A stretch of 18,255 bases of DNA, taken from assembly GCA_963728205.1 (NCBI GenBank), contig CAVSIV010000005.1:1-18255 (forward strand). The letters run 5' to 3'. Below, in pieces: positions 1 to 9,390 of this stretch (the stretch's first letter is position 1; every line of letters starts with the position of its first letter). Origin of the DNA: an uncultured Chloroflexia bacterium (GTDB taxonomy: Bacteria; Chloroflexota; Dehalococcoidia; UBA2979). The notes below the pieces were generated by a model. The model was given only the letters and a program-made list of their open reading frames with translations, searched no databases and was not told the origin of the DNA. Both the position numbers and the translations under genes were made by a program.

Positions 1-13
1 ACCAGCACCCCGT

Positions 14-25
14 TCTGAATCTGAA
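14..25 (+). repeat. Tandem hexamer TCTGAA-TCTGAA upstream of the integrase (possible att-arm or integrase-binding motif)
   Basis: Exact direct repeat at 14-19 and 20-25 in a locally AT-richer patch. The function is inferred only from its position. Confidence 0.3.
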
Positions 26-58
26 GCGACACCCTGACTGTTCGATCGCCCGGCGGGG

Positions 59-120
59 TTGTCACGCACAGCGCGCTCCGTGATGATAACTGGACAACGT
101 CCAGCGCAGCCCACGGAGGT
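59..120 (+). promoter_or_regulatory. Putative sigma70-type promoter and RBS of the integrase
   Basis: TTGTCA (59-64), 17-nt spacer, GATGAT (82-87); GGAGGT at 115-120 before the ATG at 126. Confidence 0.45.
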
Positions 121-125
121 GCCGC

Positions 126-1079
126 ATGGCACCCAGACGCCCCCGCGCGACCGTCGATTCGCCGCCGAGCGCTCCCGATCTCGCGGTGCTGGCACAGAGT
201 TTCCGGCTCTCGCTGCTCGCCGCGAACCGCGCCCCCCGCACCGTCGAGACCTACATGGAGGCGCTGGGGCTGTTCGAGCGGTTCCTCCAGTGGCACCGGC
301 ATGCCGCGCCGCGTCGGCGCAATCCACCGCGAGCGCGTTCGAGGCCTCGATCGCGAGCCTCCTCGAGCGCTGGAAGCCCGCGACCGCGCAGGAGAGCCGC
401 TTCAAGAGCATCGAGCAGTTCTTCAAGTGGTGCGTCGACGAGGGGGAGCTTCGGGACCGAGCCGATGCGGAATATGTCGCCCCCGAAGGTCCCGGAGAAG
501 CCGCCCGACGTCCTGACCGAGGAGGACAGCGGCGGCTGGTGCACGCCCTCAAGGGACCGACTTCGAGGCGCGCCGCGACATGGCCATCGTCCGCCTGTTC
601 ATCGACACCGGGATGCGGCGCGCGGACCTCGCCGGGCTGGCGCGTCGAGCGACCTCGACCTGGAACAGGCCGTCCAGGCGTACGTCATGGGCAAGGGCCG
701 CCGCGGGCGCGCCTGTCCCTTCGGACGACGCACGGCACAGGCGCTGAATCGGTACTCTCCGCGCGCGGCGCGCGCACCGCGATGCCGGGGACGAGGCGCT
801 CTCGGCTGGGCCTCGCCGGACCAATGACCCGCTGGGGGATCGTCGACGCGGTCTCGCGCCGCTGGGAGTGCGCCTGCCTCGGGCGCGTCAACGTCCATCG
901 CTTCCGGCACTCGTTCGCACACGAGCTGGCTCACGTCCGGCGGCAACGAAGGCGACCCTTCCGATGCGACTGGCGGGCTGGCAATCCCGCACGATGCTGC
1001 AGCGCTACGGAGCGAGCGCGGCCCCGATGAGCGCGCCCGCGAGGCCCACCGTCGCCTCAGCCCCGGCGATCGCATCTGA
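126..1079 (+). CDS. Tyrosine recombinase/integrase (frameshifted in this sequence)
   Basis: Rebuilt across frames: N-terminal SFRLSLLAANRAPRTVETY, then RRDMAIVRLFIDTGMRR, VMGKGRRGR, HRFRHSFAH, LMRLAGWQSRTMLQRYG (catalytic R, K, HxxR, W, Y; Tyr codon at 1006-1008). Ends HRRLSPGDRI-TGA (1077-1079). Confidence 0.93.
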
Positions 1080-1082
1080 GCA

Positions 1083-1482
1083 TCAGGAGCTGCGCGGCGG
1101 GCGACGGGGCGACGCCAACCGCAGCATCCTGCCGGCATCAGCATGCACGCGCAGCGCACCGACGAGTGCGAAACCCGCGGGGATGAGCGCGACGTCCCCC
1201 GTTCCGCCGGCGTCGTTGGCGCGCCCTTCGGCGGCTCGCAGCGCGAGGCGCGCGAAGTGTGCGCTGCGCGCCGCCTCGGCGCCGGCGCCGCCACTCGGGC
1301 GAGAACCCGAGCGAGACCGGGGCGTCCGGATCGACGTCGCGCTCGAACTTCGACAGGAACGCCGCCCGCGCGGACGCCGTCGTCTCGCGCGGATCGCGCT
1401 GGGCGTGCAGCGACCAGGCGACAACGCGGGCGCGCAATGAGCGGAGAAGGTCGTCCTCCTCGGCGCCGCGACCGCCCGTCAT
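1083..1482 (-). CDS. Small basic conserved hypothetical protein of mobile elements (frameshift near 1310-1325)
   Basis: RSLRARVVAWSLHAQRDPRETTASARAAFLSKFERDVDPD...RRRRAEAARSAHFARLALRAA resembles, from recall, a family seen next to integrases in actinobacterial elements and phages. Its ATG overlaps the toxin stop (ATGA, 1479-1482). The 3' end is uncertain. Confidence 0.7.
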
Positions 1483-1893
1483 GCGAACCAGTCCTCCACG
1501 GCGAGTCCGTGCACCGGCTCGAAGCGGCGTAGCGCGCGCGTCACCACGACGAGGCCGCGCGCGAGCGCGATCGCCGGAGCTGCGCTTCCGCCTGCCCCAG
1601 CGACGCCTCGCCTCGTCCCGGCGCGGCCACGCAGCTCCGCGTATTCCCGCGCGGCGTCACATCGAACGGCAACACCGTGAGGTTGCCAACCAGCGCTCGG
1701 TGGAGGCGCTCGACCCGGTCGGATGCGACAGCGCGCCGCGCTGACGCGCACCAGCGAGCAGCTGCCGCGACCGCGACTGCTCGATGTCGCTATCGCGTCC
1801 GGCGGCGTAGCCGCGATGCGCCGGAGCAGGCAGAACATTGGGAGCCGCGCGCAGGAGTTCGGCCAGCATGTCGGCCTCGAAGAGGTACTTCAT
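1479..1893 (-). CDS. vapC: PIN-domain (VapC-type) toxin (frameshifted)
   Basis: N-terminus MKYLFEADMLAELLRAAPN, then IATSS, VLPFD..AAREYAELR and C-terminal ARGLVVVTRALRRFEPVHGLAVEDWFA*. About 135 codons, directly downstream of the antitoxin with an ATGA overlap at 1890-1893. Confidence 0.85.
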
Positions 1894-2190
1894 GGCGCGA
1901 CCTCCGGGCCGCCGCCGCAGCGCCGGCCGCCCCTCCACCGCTCCGAGCAGTGCGTCGATCTCCGTCGTCGCGCGCGTCGAGCCACAGCGCTACGAGCGCC
2001 AGCGGTCCTGCCGGCCGCGCTCGGAGGGCGTGCCCAACTCGATGCATTCGAGGTCTGCACGGCGACGATTGCTGCAACGGCGTGCCCGTGCCGTGGAGAC
2101 GAGGTAGCGTTCGCGGCGGTGCGCGACGCCTTCAATCACCGCCGAGAAGTTGGCCTTGGCTTCTGCCGTCGTGATGCGTGTTGCGGTCAT
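1890..2190 (-). CDS. Phd/YefM-family antitoxin (frameshifted)
   Basis: MTATRITTAEAKANFSAVIEGVAHRRERYLV.RHGHAVAAIVAV is the typical Phd/YefM N-terminal pattern. RBS GAGAGGA upstream of the ATG at 2190. Confidence 0.88.
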
Positions 2191-2242
2191 GGTGTCCTCT
2201 CAGAGCCAATAGGTCGGGGCGGGCAACCGGTCAGGGTGACCG
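2184..2242. promoter_or_regulatory. Putative antitoxin operator pair and internal TA promoter
   Basis: Perfect palindrome CGGTCA-GGG-TGACCG (2228-2242) and a degenerate copy CGGTCA-TGG-TGTCCT (2184-2198) over the antitoxin RBS and start. Weak minus-strand CTGACC-N17-TATTGG (2234 to 2206). Confidence 0.5.
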
Positions 2243-3985
2243 AGACGGGTCCGCGCGTCGTCCTCCGCGGTCCGCCAGATTGGTCCGAGGAGACCACCGC
2301 CGTTTGCGGGGGTCCGCGCGACGATCGCCAGTCGTTCGTGAGCAGCAGCGGACGCTCCGGCACGCCCGCGGCCGCCTGCTTCACCCGTCGCTCCGCGCGG
2401 TCGTCCGCGCACACGAAGAGCACCAGGGCTCGCGCTCGAAGTCGGCCGCCAGGCGCGGCCTCGAGTAGCGCCGGTACCCTCGAACTTCGCTGCGAAGTCG
2501 CCCCCGTCGAGCGTGCCCGCGGTCGTACTCGAGCAGGAACGGGACGGGTGCATCACCGAGGCGCAGCAGGCCCGCCCCGTCGGGCCGGATGAACCATCCC
2601 CGTCCGTCGCGCGGAAGCGCCGAGTCGAGGCGGCCTCGCTCCGCCACTCGACCAGGCACCCACCCGGCACGCCGCGCGTCGCACGCCAGCCGCACGAACG
2701 TCCGGTTCACGCCGCGCGTGTGCGCGCCGTGCCGGCAACGCCACCTGCCGATCGCGTCGCCGCCGGCGCCACGCCGCCGAGCGCGCGAAACGCGCCGGCG
2801 GGACGACCGCGCCGCGCCGCGAGCCCGCAGCCCGCACTCGCCCAGCAGATAGGCCGGCGCGCCCGTGTCGACCGCGCGGGCGACGCGCTCACCGCGCCGC
2901 ACCGCACGAGCCACGCGAGCCGCCGCGTCGAGCGCCTCGGGCGGCGCGTCCGCGTCAGCGACCGCGAGCTCCTGCGCGGTCAGCAGCGGGTGGTAGGCGA
3001 CCCACTCGACCAGCCGCTTCTCGACGGCGCTCGGTTGCGATCGAGAGCCCGGCGGTGCGCTCGCCCGGCGAGCCGCACCTCGCCCGCCGCGGCGTACGGC
3101 GCCCACGCGCGCAGCGTCCCGTCGCTGCAGCACCGGAGCGGCGCGATCCTCGTGGAGCGGCAGCGAGGGCGCGGGACGGCCGTCGCTCGCCCCACGCGAG
3201 CGCCGGGTGAGGCGTTGCCACCGCTCGCTGCCCGGGGCGCGCCACGCAGTCGCCGGCGGGCCCTCGCGCAGCGCATCCACGCGGTCGGGAGGAGGGCGGG
3301 CACCGCGCGTCGCGCTCGCCGGCATCCAGCAGCGCCCGCTCCCACGGTCGAGTTCCCGTTCGCCGGCGGCGACGACCAGGATGGCAGCCCTCGGCGCCCC
3401 ACCGTCGGACGCCAGGCCGCGGCCCAGCGCGCCACCCGCGCGCGGCGGTGGGCGTCGGGCGCGGCGGCCCGATCCCACGCCACGAAGAAGGGCGCCCACG
3501 ATCCCGGCGCCCAGGCAGCCGTAGCCCTCCACGCCGGGCGGCCACCAGCGCGTCCGCGGCGGGCGCCGGCCAGCGGCAGCGAGCGTACGTCGACGAGCTC
3601 AGCGATCCCGGCATCGCGAGCGGCCGCCGCGAGGTCGCGAGCAGGCGGTTGACGCCGGCGGTCGTCTCCATGCGCGCGGCGCGGTCGAGCACGTCCGCCG
3701 TCGCACGGGCAGGCCCGCGCCAGCTCGGTCCCCGGCAGCCCGATCGCCGCGGCGAGCGCCGGCACCGCCTACTCGCGCAGGTAGGCGAAGCGCCGCTGGT
3801 CGAGCCCCGGCAGCCCGGCACGATCCAGTCGACCCAGCCACGGCGCTCGAGCTCGTGACGGAGCGCCCGCGCGTCCTGCTCATGGACGCCGAGGAGCGCG
3901 CGAGCTCGCGCTCGCCGAGCAGCGGCAGCCGCGCAGATCCAGTCGAGCGCCGGCCCGAGCAGCGCGGTCGATCGGCTGCCCTCAT
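2200..3985 (-). CDS. Replication-relaxation (Replic_Relax, MOB_C-like PD-(D/E)XK) relaxase with a tandem domain duplication (frameshifted)
   Basis: The C-terminal unit has HTRGVNR, WFIRPDGAG, PFLLEYDRGT, FAAKFEGY and VLFVC. The N-terminal unit has parallel but degenerate motifs. The ATG at 3985 overlaps the upstream stop; ends PTYWL-TGA at 2200. Confidence 0.82.
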
Positions 3986-6549
3986 GGCGTCGCTCCGTTC
4001 CCGCGCATCGGCGGGGTCGCGCTCGTCCAGTCCGCGTCGCCCGCCGTGCGGTGACTGTCACCTGTCCCCGCCGGTCTGCCGCCGCGGCTCGGCTGGCTCT
4101 GGTCGGGCCGCGGCCCCTTCGAGGCTGCGGCCGTGCGGGTCCCCGTTCGGGTCGACACGCGCTCGCGCAGCGCCGCGTCGATCTCCGCGCGACGACCTCG
4201 GCTCGCGGCCGGCCGTAGCGCGCGGCCGAGCGCTCCGCGAACGCCCGCACCGTGGTCGGGTCCGCGCGCGGCGGCGCGGTCGACGCGAAGCGTGAACACC
4301 GGCCGGGCGCCGGCCGTCCGTCCCACCACCGCGCGTAGCACTTGAAGTCGTCGAGTCGAGACGAGGTCCTCGATCTCGAGCGTCGCTCGCCGAGCTCCGG
4401 CACGCAGGCGACGCGCGTCCTCCGCGCTCACCTGGAAGACCGTCAGGCCGTCGGTGTTCGAGAGGATCGTCGGGGCGAGGTTGCGGTCGATCGCGTCGAG
4501 CTTCGCGAGCGACTGCGTGACCAGCACGAACGACGCGCCGTACTTGCCGAGCTCGGAGAGCATGCGCGGGTAGTCGACGGCGCCGAGCGTGCTCGACTCG
4601 TCGACGAGCGCCACGACGCGGCGGCGCTGCGCCGGCGGGCAGCGCGACCTGCTCCTCGACGAGCAGCCCCAGCAGGTTCAGGAGGGTCGCGCCGACGAGC
4701 GACGCGGCACCTCGCCCAGCGTCGCCGACCGCGCTGTTCACGACGAGGACGCCGCCCTCGCGCAGGAGCGCGCGCGGATCGAAGGTCGAGCGCGCCTGCC
4801 CGAACACGAGGCGCGAGGCCTCGGTCGACGTGAAGCGGCCGATCTTCGAGGTCACGGGATTCGCGGTCTGCTGCTGCAGCACCCGCCCCGCGCGGTCGTA
4901 GTTGTCGCGCCACCAGGCGGCGAGCGCGGGGTCGTTGACCTGGGCCAGCACGCGCTCGCGGAAGCGCTCGTCGGTGAGCAGCGGAGCAACGTCGAGCAGC
5001 GTGTACTGCTCTTCGCGCGGCGGCGCTGCGCGTTGGCGTCGAGCAGGCAGGCGAGCGACGGCGCGCAGCGCGCCCTCCATGCGCGGACCCCAGTTCGCCG
5101 GCCACAGGCGGTTGAGCATCGTCACGATGTGCTCGATCGTGCGGTCGCGGTCGGGGAAGAGCGCGCCGTCGAGCAGGTTGAGGCCGAGCGGCGTCGACGC
5201 GTCGGCGAAGTTGAGGTACGATCACGCGGTCCTGCAGCGCCTGGGGCACCGAGGCGAGCACCGCCTCGTGCGAGGTCCTGGTGCGGATCGATCACCGCGA
5301 GCGCCGCGTGGTCGAGGCCGGCGGCGACGCGCTCCATGACGCCGGCCGCGATGTGCCGCAGCAGCGTGGACTTGCCGCGGCGCGTCTTCGCGACGATCAG
5401 CTGGTTGCGGTGCAGCAGGCGTCGCCGGCAGGAACACGGCGCTGCCGCGGCCGCCGCGGCCGACGCGCACGCCGCCTGCCCGCGTGGCCCGGCGGCGGGG
5501 CCAGGTCGCGCGCCCGCGGTCCGTGCGGCACGCCGCGGCACCGCCTCGCCGCCCGTCGGCAGGTGCCAGAGCGGCCCGGCCTCGGCCAGCGTTGAGCAGC
5601 AGCGGGCCCGGGTCGCCCACCGCTCGAAGCCATCGTCGCCAGCCGCCCGGGACGCAGCTCCGCCCCGGCGTCGTCCGCGAACACGCCGGAGGCGTCCGCG
5701 ACCGCTTCGCGCGAGCATCGCGCAGGCGCCGCTCGGCGAGTCCGCCGGCCCGAACGCCGCAGATCTCGAGCGAGGCGCGCAGCAGCGGCGACGCGAGCTT
5801 GCGTTCCACGAGCGCGCCGACGGAGCGGCTCGCGCCCGCGGCAGCAGCCGGAACACCAGCGCGCCGAGCGAGCGGCAGCCCCACGAACACGCCGACGCCG
5901 GCGAGGGCGAGCTGCAGCATAGTCCCCGGCGCGGTACCAGCGCGACGCCTGGAGTCCGCCGGCGATCAGCACCAGCAGCGAGGACGATCGGGGGCCGAGG
6001 CCGCGAGCCCCGCGGTCCGCGGCTCGTCGCGCGTGCGCGCGGGCCGCGGTCCTGCGCCGCGCGCGCACCTTCGCCGCGCCCGATGCGGGGCGGCCGGGCG
6101 CCGTCCAGCCGGATCACGACGCGCTCGCCCGTCGCGCGAGCGGTCGCGCGCCGCGCACGCCGGCGAGCGGATCGCGCTCGCGGTCCCAGTCCGCCGCGCA
6201 GCGGCAGCGTCCGCGTCGCCGCCGCAGTCGCAGTCACCTGGCACGCGCTCTCGGGCCCATGCGCCGCGCCGGATCGAGGTCCGGGCGGCTCGCCGCCGAC
6301 CGGCTCCGGTCGACGCCCGGGTGGGTCGCCGCCAAGCCCGCCGCGCGCGCGGTCCAGCGCTCCTCGGTCGCGGCGCGGACGTACCAGCGCGGCCCCGCCC
6401 GGGTGACGACGCGTGTCGAGTGTCATGCCGCGCCGGTCCACGGCGCCGAACATCGCCCGCGCGGCGGCGCATCCCGTCGTCGAGGCATGCGCGGCGGGCA
6501 CGATCTCCGCCAGGCGCGCGGCCGCCTGCGATCACTGTGATCGTCGCAT
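3982..6549 (-). CDS. virD4: VirD4/TraG-like type IV coupling protein (heavily frameshifted)
   Basis: Two hydrophobic segments (~5850-5990), Walker A LIVAKTRRGKST (~5368-5400), VIDPHQDL, NWGPRMEGALR, Walker B ALVDESS, ELGKYGASFVLVTQSL, ILSNTDGLTVFQVSAEDA. GGAGGT RBS before the ATG at 6549. Both termini are approximate. Confidence 0.85.
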
Positions 6550-6561
6550 CGCGACCTCCCG

Positions 6562-7559
6562 TCACGCCTCGCAGTTGCTGGAAGAAGGCCTCGCGCCCGT
6601 CCGGGCGCTGGCCGAGCTCGCCGACGTCCTTGACCCCGGCCGGGAGCGCGAGGACGGTCGCGCGGTCGCCCAGGTCCGCGGCGAGGTCGTGCGCCGCCGT
6701 CGCGCCCGGCGTCGTCGGCGTCGAGCACGAGCACGACCGAGCGGGCACGGGCGAGCAGGCGCGCCACGGTCTGGCCGGGGTGCGAGCCGAGCAGCGCGCA
6801 GGCCGGAAGCCCCCAGCCGACGAGCGTCAGCCAGTCGAACGGGCCTTCCGTCACGAAGATCCGCGCGCGGTCGGCCACGAGCTGCCATCCCAGCAGCGGG
6901 CGTGGGAGCGCGACGGCGCGGTAGCGCGGCTCGCGACCGTCGAGGGACGCGCCCGACCATCCAGACACAGCGGCCCGCGCGCAGCTCCGGCACGACGATG
7001 CGTCCGGCCATCGCCTCGCGCTCGCCGCGGTCGAGCAGGCCCAGCTCCCGCGCCCGGGCGACGCTCAGCCGCCTGCGCTTGAGGTAGGCGGCGAGCACCG
7101 TCCCGTCCGAGTAGCCGAGCCGGAAGCGGCGGGCGACCGGGCGCGAGAACGCCGCGGCGCTCGAGGTAGGCGAGCGCCTCCGGGGCCTGCTCGAGCGCCT
7201 CCTGGTAGAGCTCGCAGGCGGCGGCCAGGATCACGCGGTCGTCGAGCGGTCAGCGCGCGCTGTGCGGGGCGGTCGCTCACCGGCGCGGGCGCCGGCCGCA
7301 GGCCGTCGAGCCGGGTGAGCGCCTGCTTGAAGTCGAGGCCCTCGGCGCGCCGCAGGAAGTCGATCACGTCCCCGCCCGCGCCGCAGCCGAAGCAGAAGTA
7401 GCTCTGCGTCGCCGGGTAGACGACGAGGCTCGGCCTGCCGTCGTTGTGGAAGGGGCAGCGCCCCGTGAGGCGCCGGCCGTGCGGACGCAGCCGCACTCCG
7501 TGCGAGCCGATCACCTGCGCGATCGGGTTGCGGCGCTTGAGCGCGTCGAGGTCGGTCAT
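6562..7559 (-). CDS. DnaG-like primase: CHC2 zinc finger plus Toprim domain (frameshifted)
   Basis: CPFHNDGRPSL...YFCFGCGAGGDVIDF zinc finger; YLERRG, RLGYS, GRIVVP; Toprim VTEGPFDWL and LVLDADDAG; KDVGEL. About 330 codons. The ATG overlaps the VirB4 stop (7556-7559). Confidence 0.92.
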
Positions 7560-9390
7560 GGCTGCACCTCCTCGGGATCCGGGATGGCTTCGGGATTGCC
7601 GTGCAGGTCCTCCGGGCTGGTGGTGCTCACTGCGTGCTCCCGGGCGCTGGCGACAACGGACAGCGCGACGTGATTGCCACGCGCGAGGAAGAGGCCCTCG
7701 CCCTTGCGGCACGAGACGAGGAAGGCGCGCTCGGCGGGCGAGAGACCGAACGTCTCCGCGACGAGTCCCGCCGACGAGGCGTCCTGGCGCATCAGCAGCT
7801 GCACGGAGCTGTTCGCGAGGACGGTGTGGCCCTCGGGCGAGCGCAGGAAGTCCTCGACGTCCTGCGTCACGGTCGTGAGCCCGAGCCAGCGCTTGCGGGC
7901 CCGCCGCGCGACCTGCGCGAGGAAGTGCGCGCCCTCCGGGTAGCGCATGAGCGACCAGGCCTCGTCGATGAGGAGCATCCGCGGCCGCGGGTCCGTGCGC
8001 GCCTGCCGCCAGACGTGATCCGCGATCAGGTAGGTGGCGAGCGGGCGCAGCTCCTCCTCGAGGTCGCGCACGTTGAAGACGGTGAAGGGGCGGTCGAGGG
8101 CGACGGTCGTGCGCTCCGAGAAGACCCGGCCGAGGCTGCCGTCGACGTAGCGCTCGAGGCGATCGCCGAGGGCGTGCGGGTCGTCGCCGGCGCGCAACAC
8201 GCCGAGCAGGTCGCGCAGCACCGGAGCGGCGCGGTCGTGCGTGGCCGGGTCCGCCGTGATCCCAGCCGCCGCGTAGGTGCGATAGAGCGCGGCGTCGAGC
8301 GCGCCTCGCTCGGCGCGGCCAAGCGCCTGCCCCGGCTCGGCCAGCATCAGCGCGAGGAGGCCGTGCAGCGCGAGCACGCGCTCCGCGAGCGCGTCCCCTT
8401 CGCCCGCATCCCCGTCGGAGGCCGGAGCGAGGTCGAAGGGGTTTACGTGATGGGGCGAGGTGCCGGAGAGGCGCACCATCTGCCCGCCGACGGCGTCGCA
8501 GATCCGGCGGTACTCGTCCTCGGGATCGACGACCACGTAGTCGATCCCGAGCAGCAGCGCGCGCAGCGCCTCGACCTTGCAGGCGTAGGACTTGCCGGCG
8601 CCGCTCTTCGCGAAGACGACCTTGTTCGCGTTGTCCTCGGTCGCGGCGAACGGGTCGAAGATCGACGAGCCCGCCGCCCTGGAGGTTGCGACCGTAGAGG
8701 AGACCGCGGCCCGTCCCGAGGTCGCCGGAGGTGAACGGGATCATCGTCGCGGCGCTCGAGGTGTCGAGGTTGCGGCGCCGGCGCAGGTGATCCTGCGCGG
8801 CGGGGAGGCACGAGAGCAGGCCCGGCAGCATCTCGTAGAGGGCGGGCGCCCACCGTCGCCATCGCCCCGCCCAGCTCCGCCTCGACGAAGCGCTGAGCCC
8901 GATCGAGTTCGGCCTCCGTCCGCCCGTGGAGGCGCAGGTAGAGGGCCGTCGAGAAGACGCGCTCGTCCCCGCGCTCGATCGCGTCGCGCAGCCGCTCGAC
9001 GTCCGCGTAGGCGACCTCGCGCTCGGACGACGCGATGCGGCCGCCCTTCGCGTCGAACATGCGCGACGACTGCAGCTCGACGAGGCGGCGCGTGAGCCAG
9101 CGCACGACCTCGCGCGAGTCGAGCGGCTCCAGGTGGAGGCTCAGGTCCAGCGGCTCGCCGGGATCGCCCAGTCGTCCGAGCCAGTTCGGGTGGACGTGCC
9201 GCGGGTACTCCGTGAGGGCCAGCACTCGCGTGCGCTGCCCGTCGACGAGCAGCTCCGCGCGACGCTCCTCGATCGCCATCGGGGCGACGAGATCGACGGC
9301 GGCGCGCCGGCCCGCTGCGAGCGTCTCGGCTGCCTGCCGCGAGGCGCGCGGGACACGCCGCGATCGGAGGGGGAGTGAGTTACGCGCCAC
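7556..9390 (-). CDS. virB4: VirB4-like conjugative ATPase (frameshifts near 8660 and 8840)
   Basis: EYPRHVHPNWL, RNLDTSSAATMIPFTS, DPF..EDNANKVVFAKSGAGKSY (Walker A ~8588-8611), VVVDPEDEY, INPFD-like VNPFD, Walker B LLIDEAW, RRARKRWLGLTTVTQDVEDF. RBS GGAGGAGGT before the GTG at 9390. Confidence 0.93.

Noticed and set aside
1072-1200. Hairpin CGCAC-N6-GTGCG followed by AAA, a GGGGA..TCCCC stem and several GCATC repeats, suggesting a hammerhead ribozyme or oriT
   Set aside because: No CUGANGA core precedes the stem on either strand, the stems are short for such GC-rich DNA, and the region lies in an open frame.
2513-8734. Long plus-strand ORFs (2513-3652, 4589-6406, 5484-7082, 7601-8734)
   Set aside because: Antisense shadows of recognisable minus-strand genes in stop-poor GC-rich DNA; Arg/Pro/Ala-rich with no motifs.
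7065-8831. Apparent VirB4-primase fusion ORF
   Set aside because: Frameshift artefact. The middle is out-of-frame VirB4, and the primase has its own RBS (GGAGGT) and ATG overlapping the VirB4 stop.
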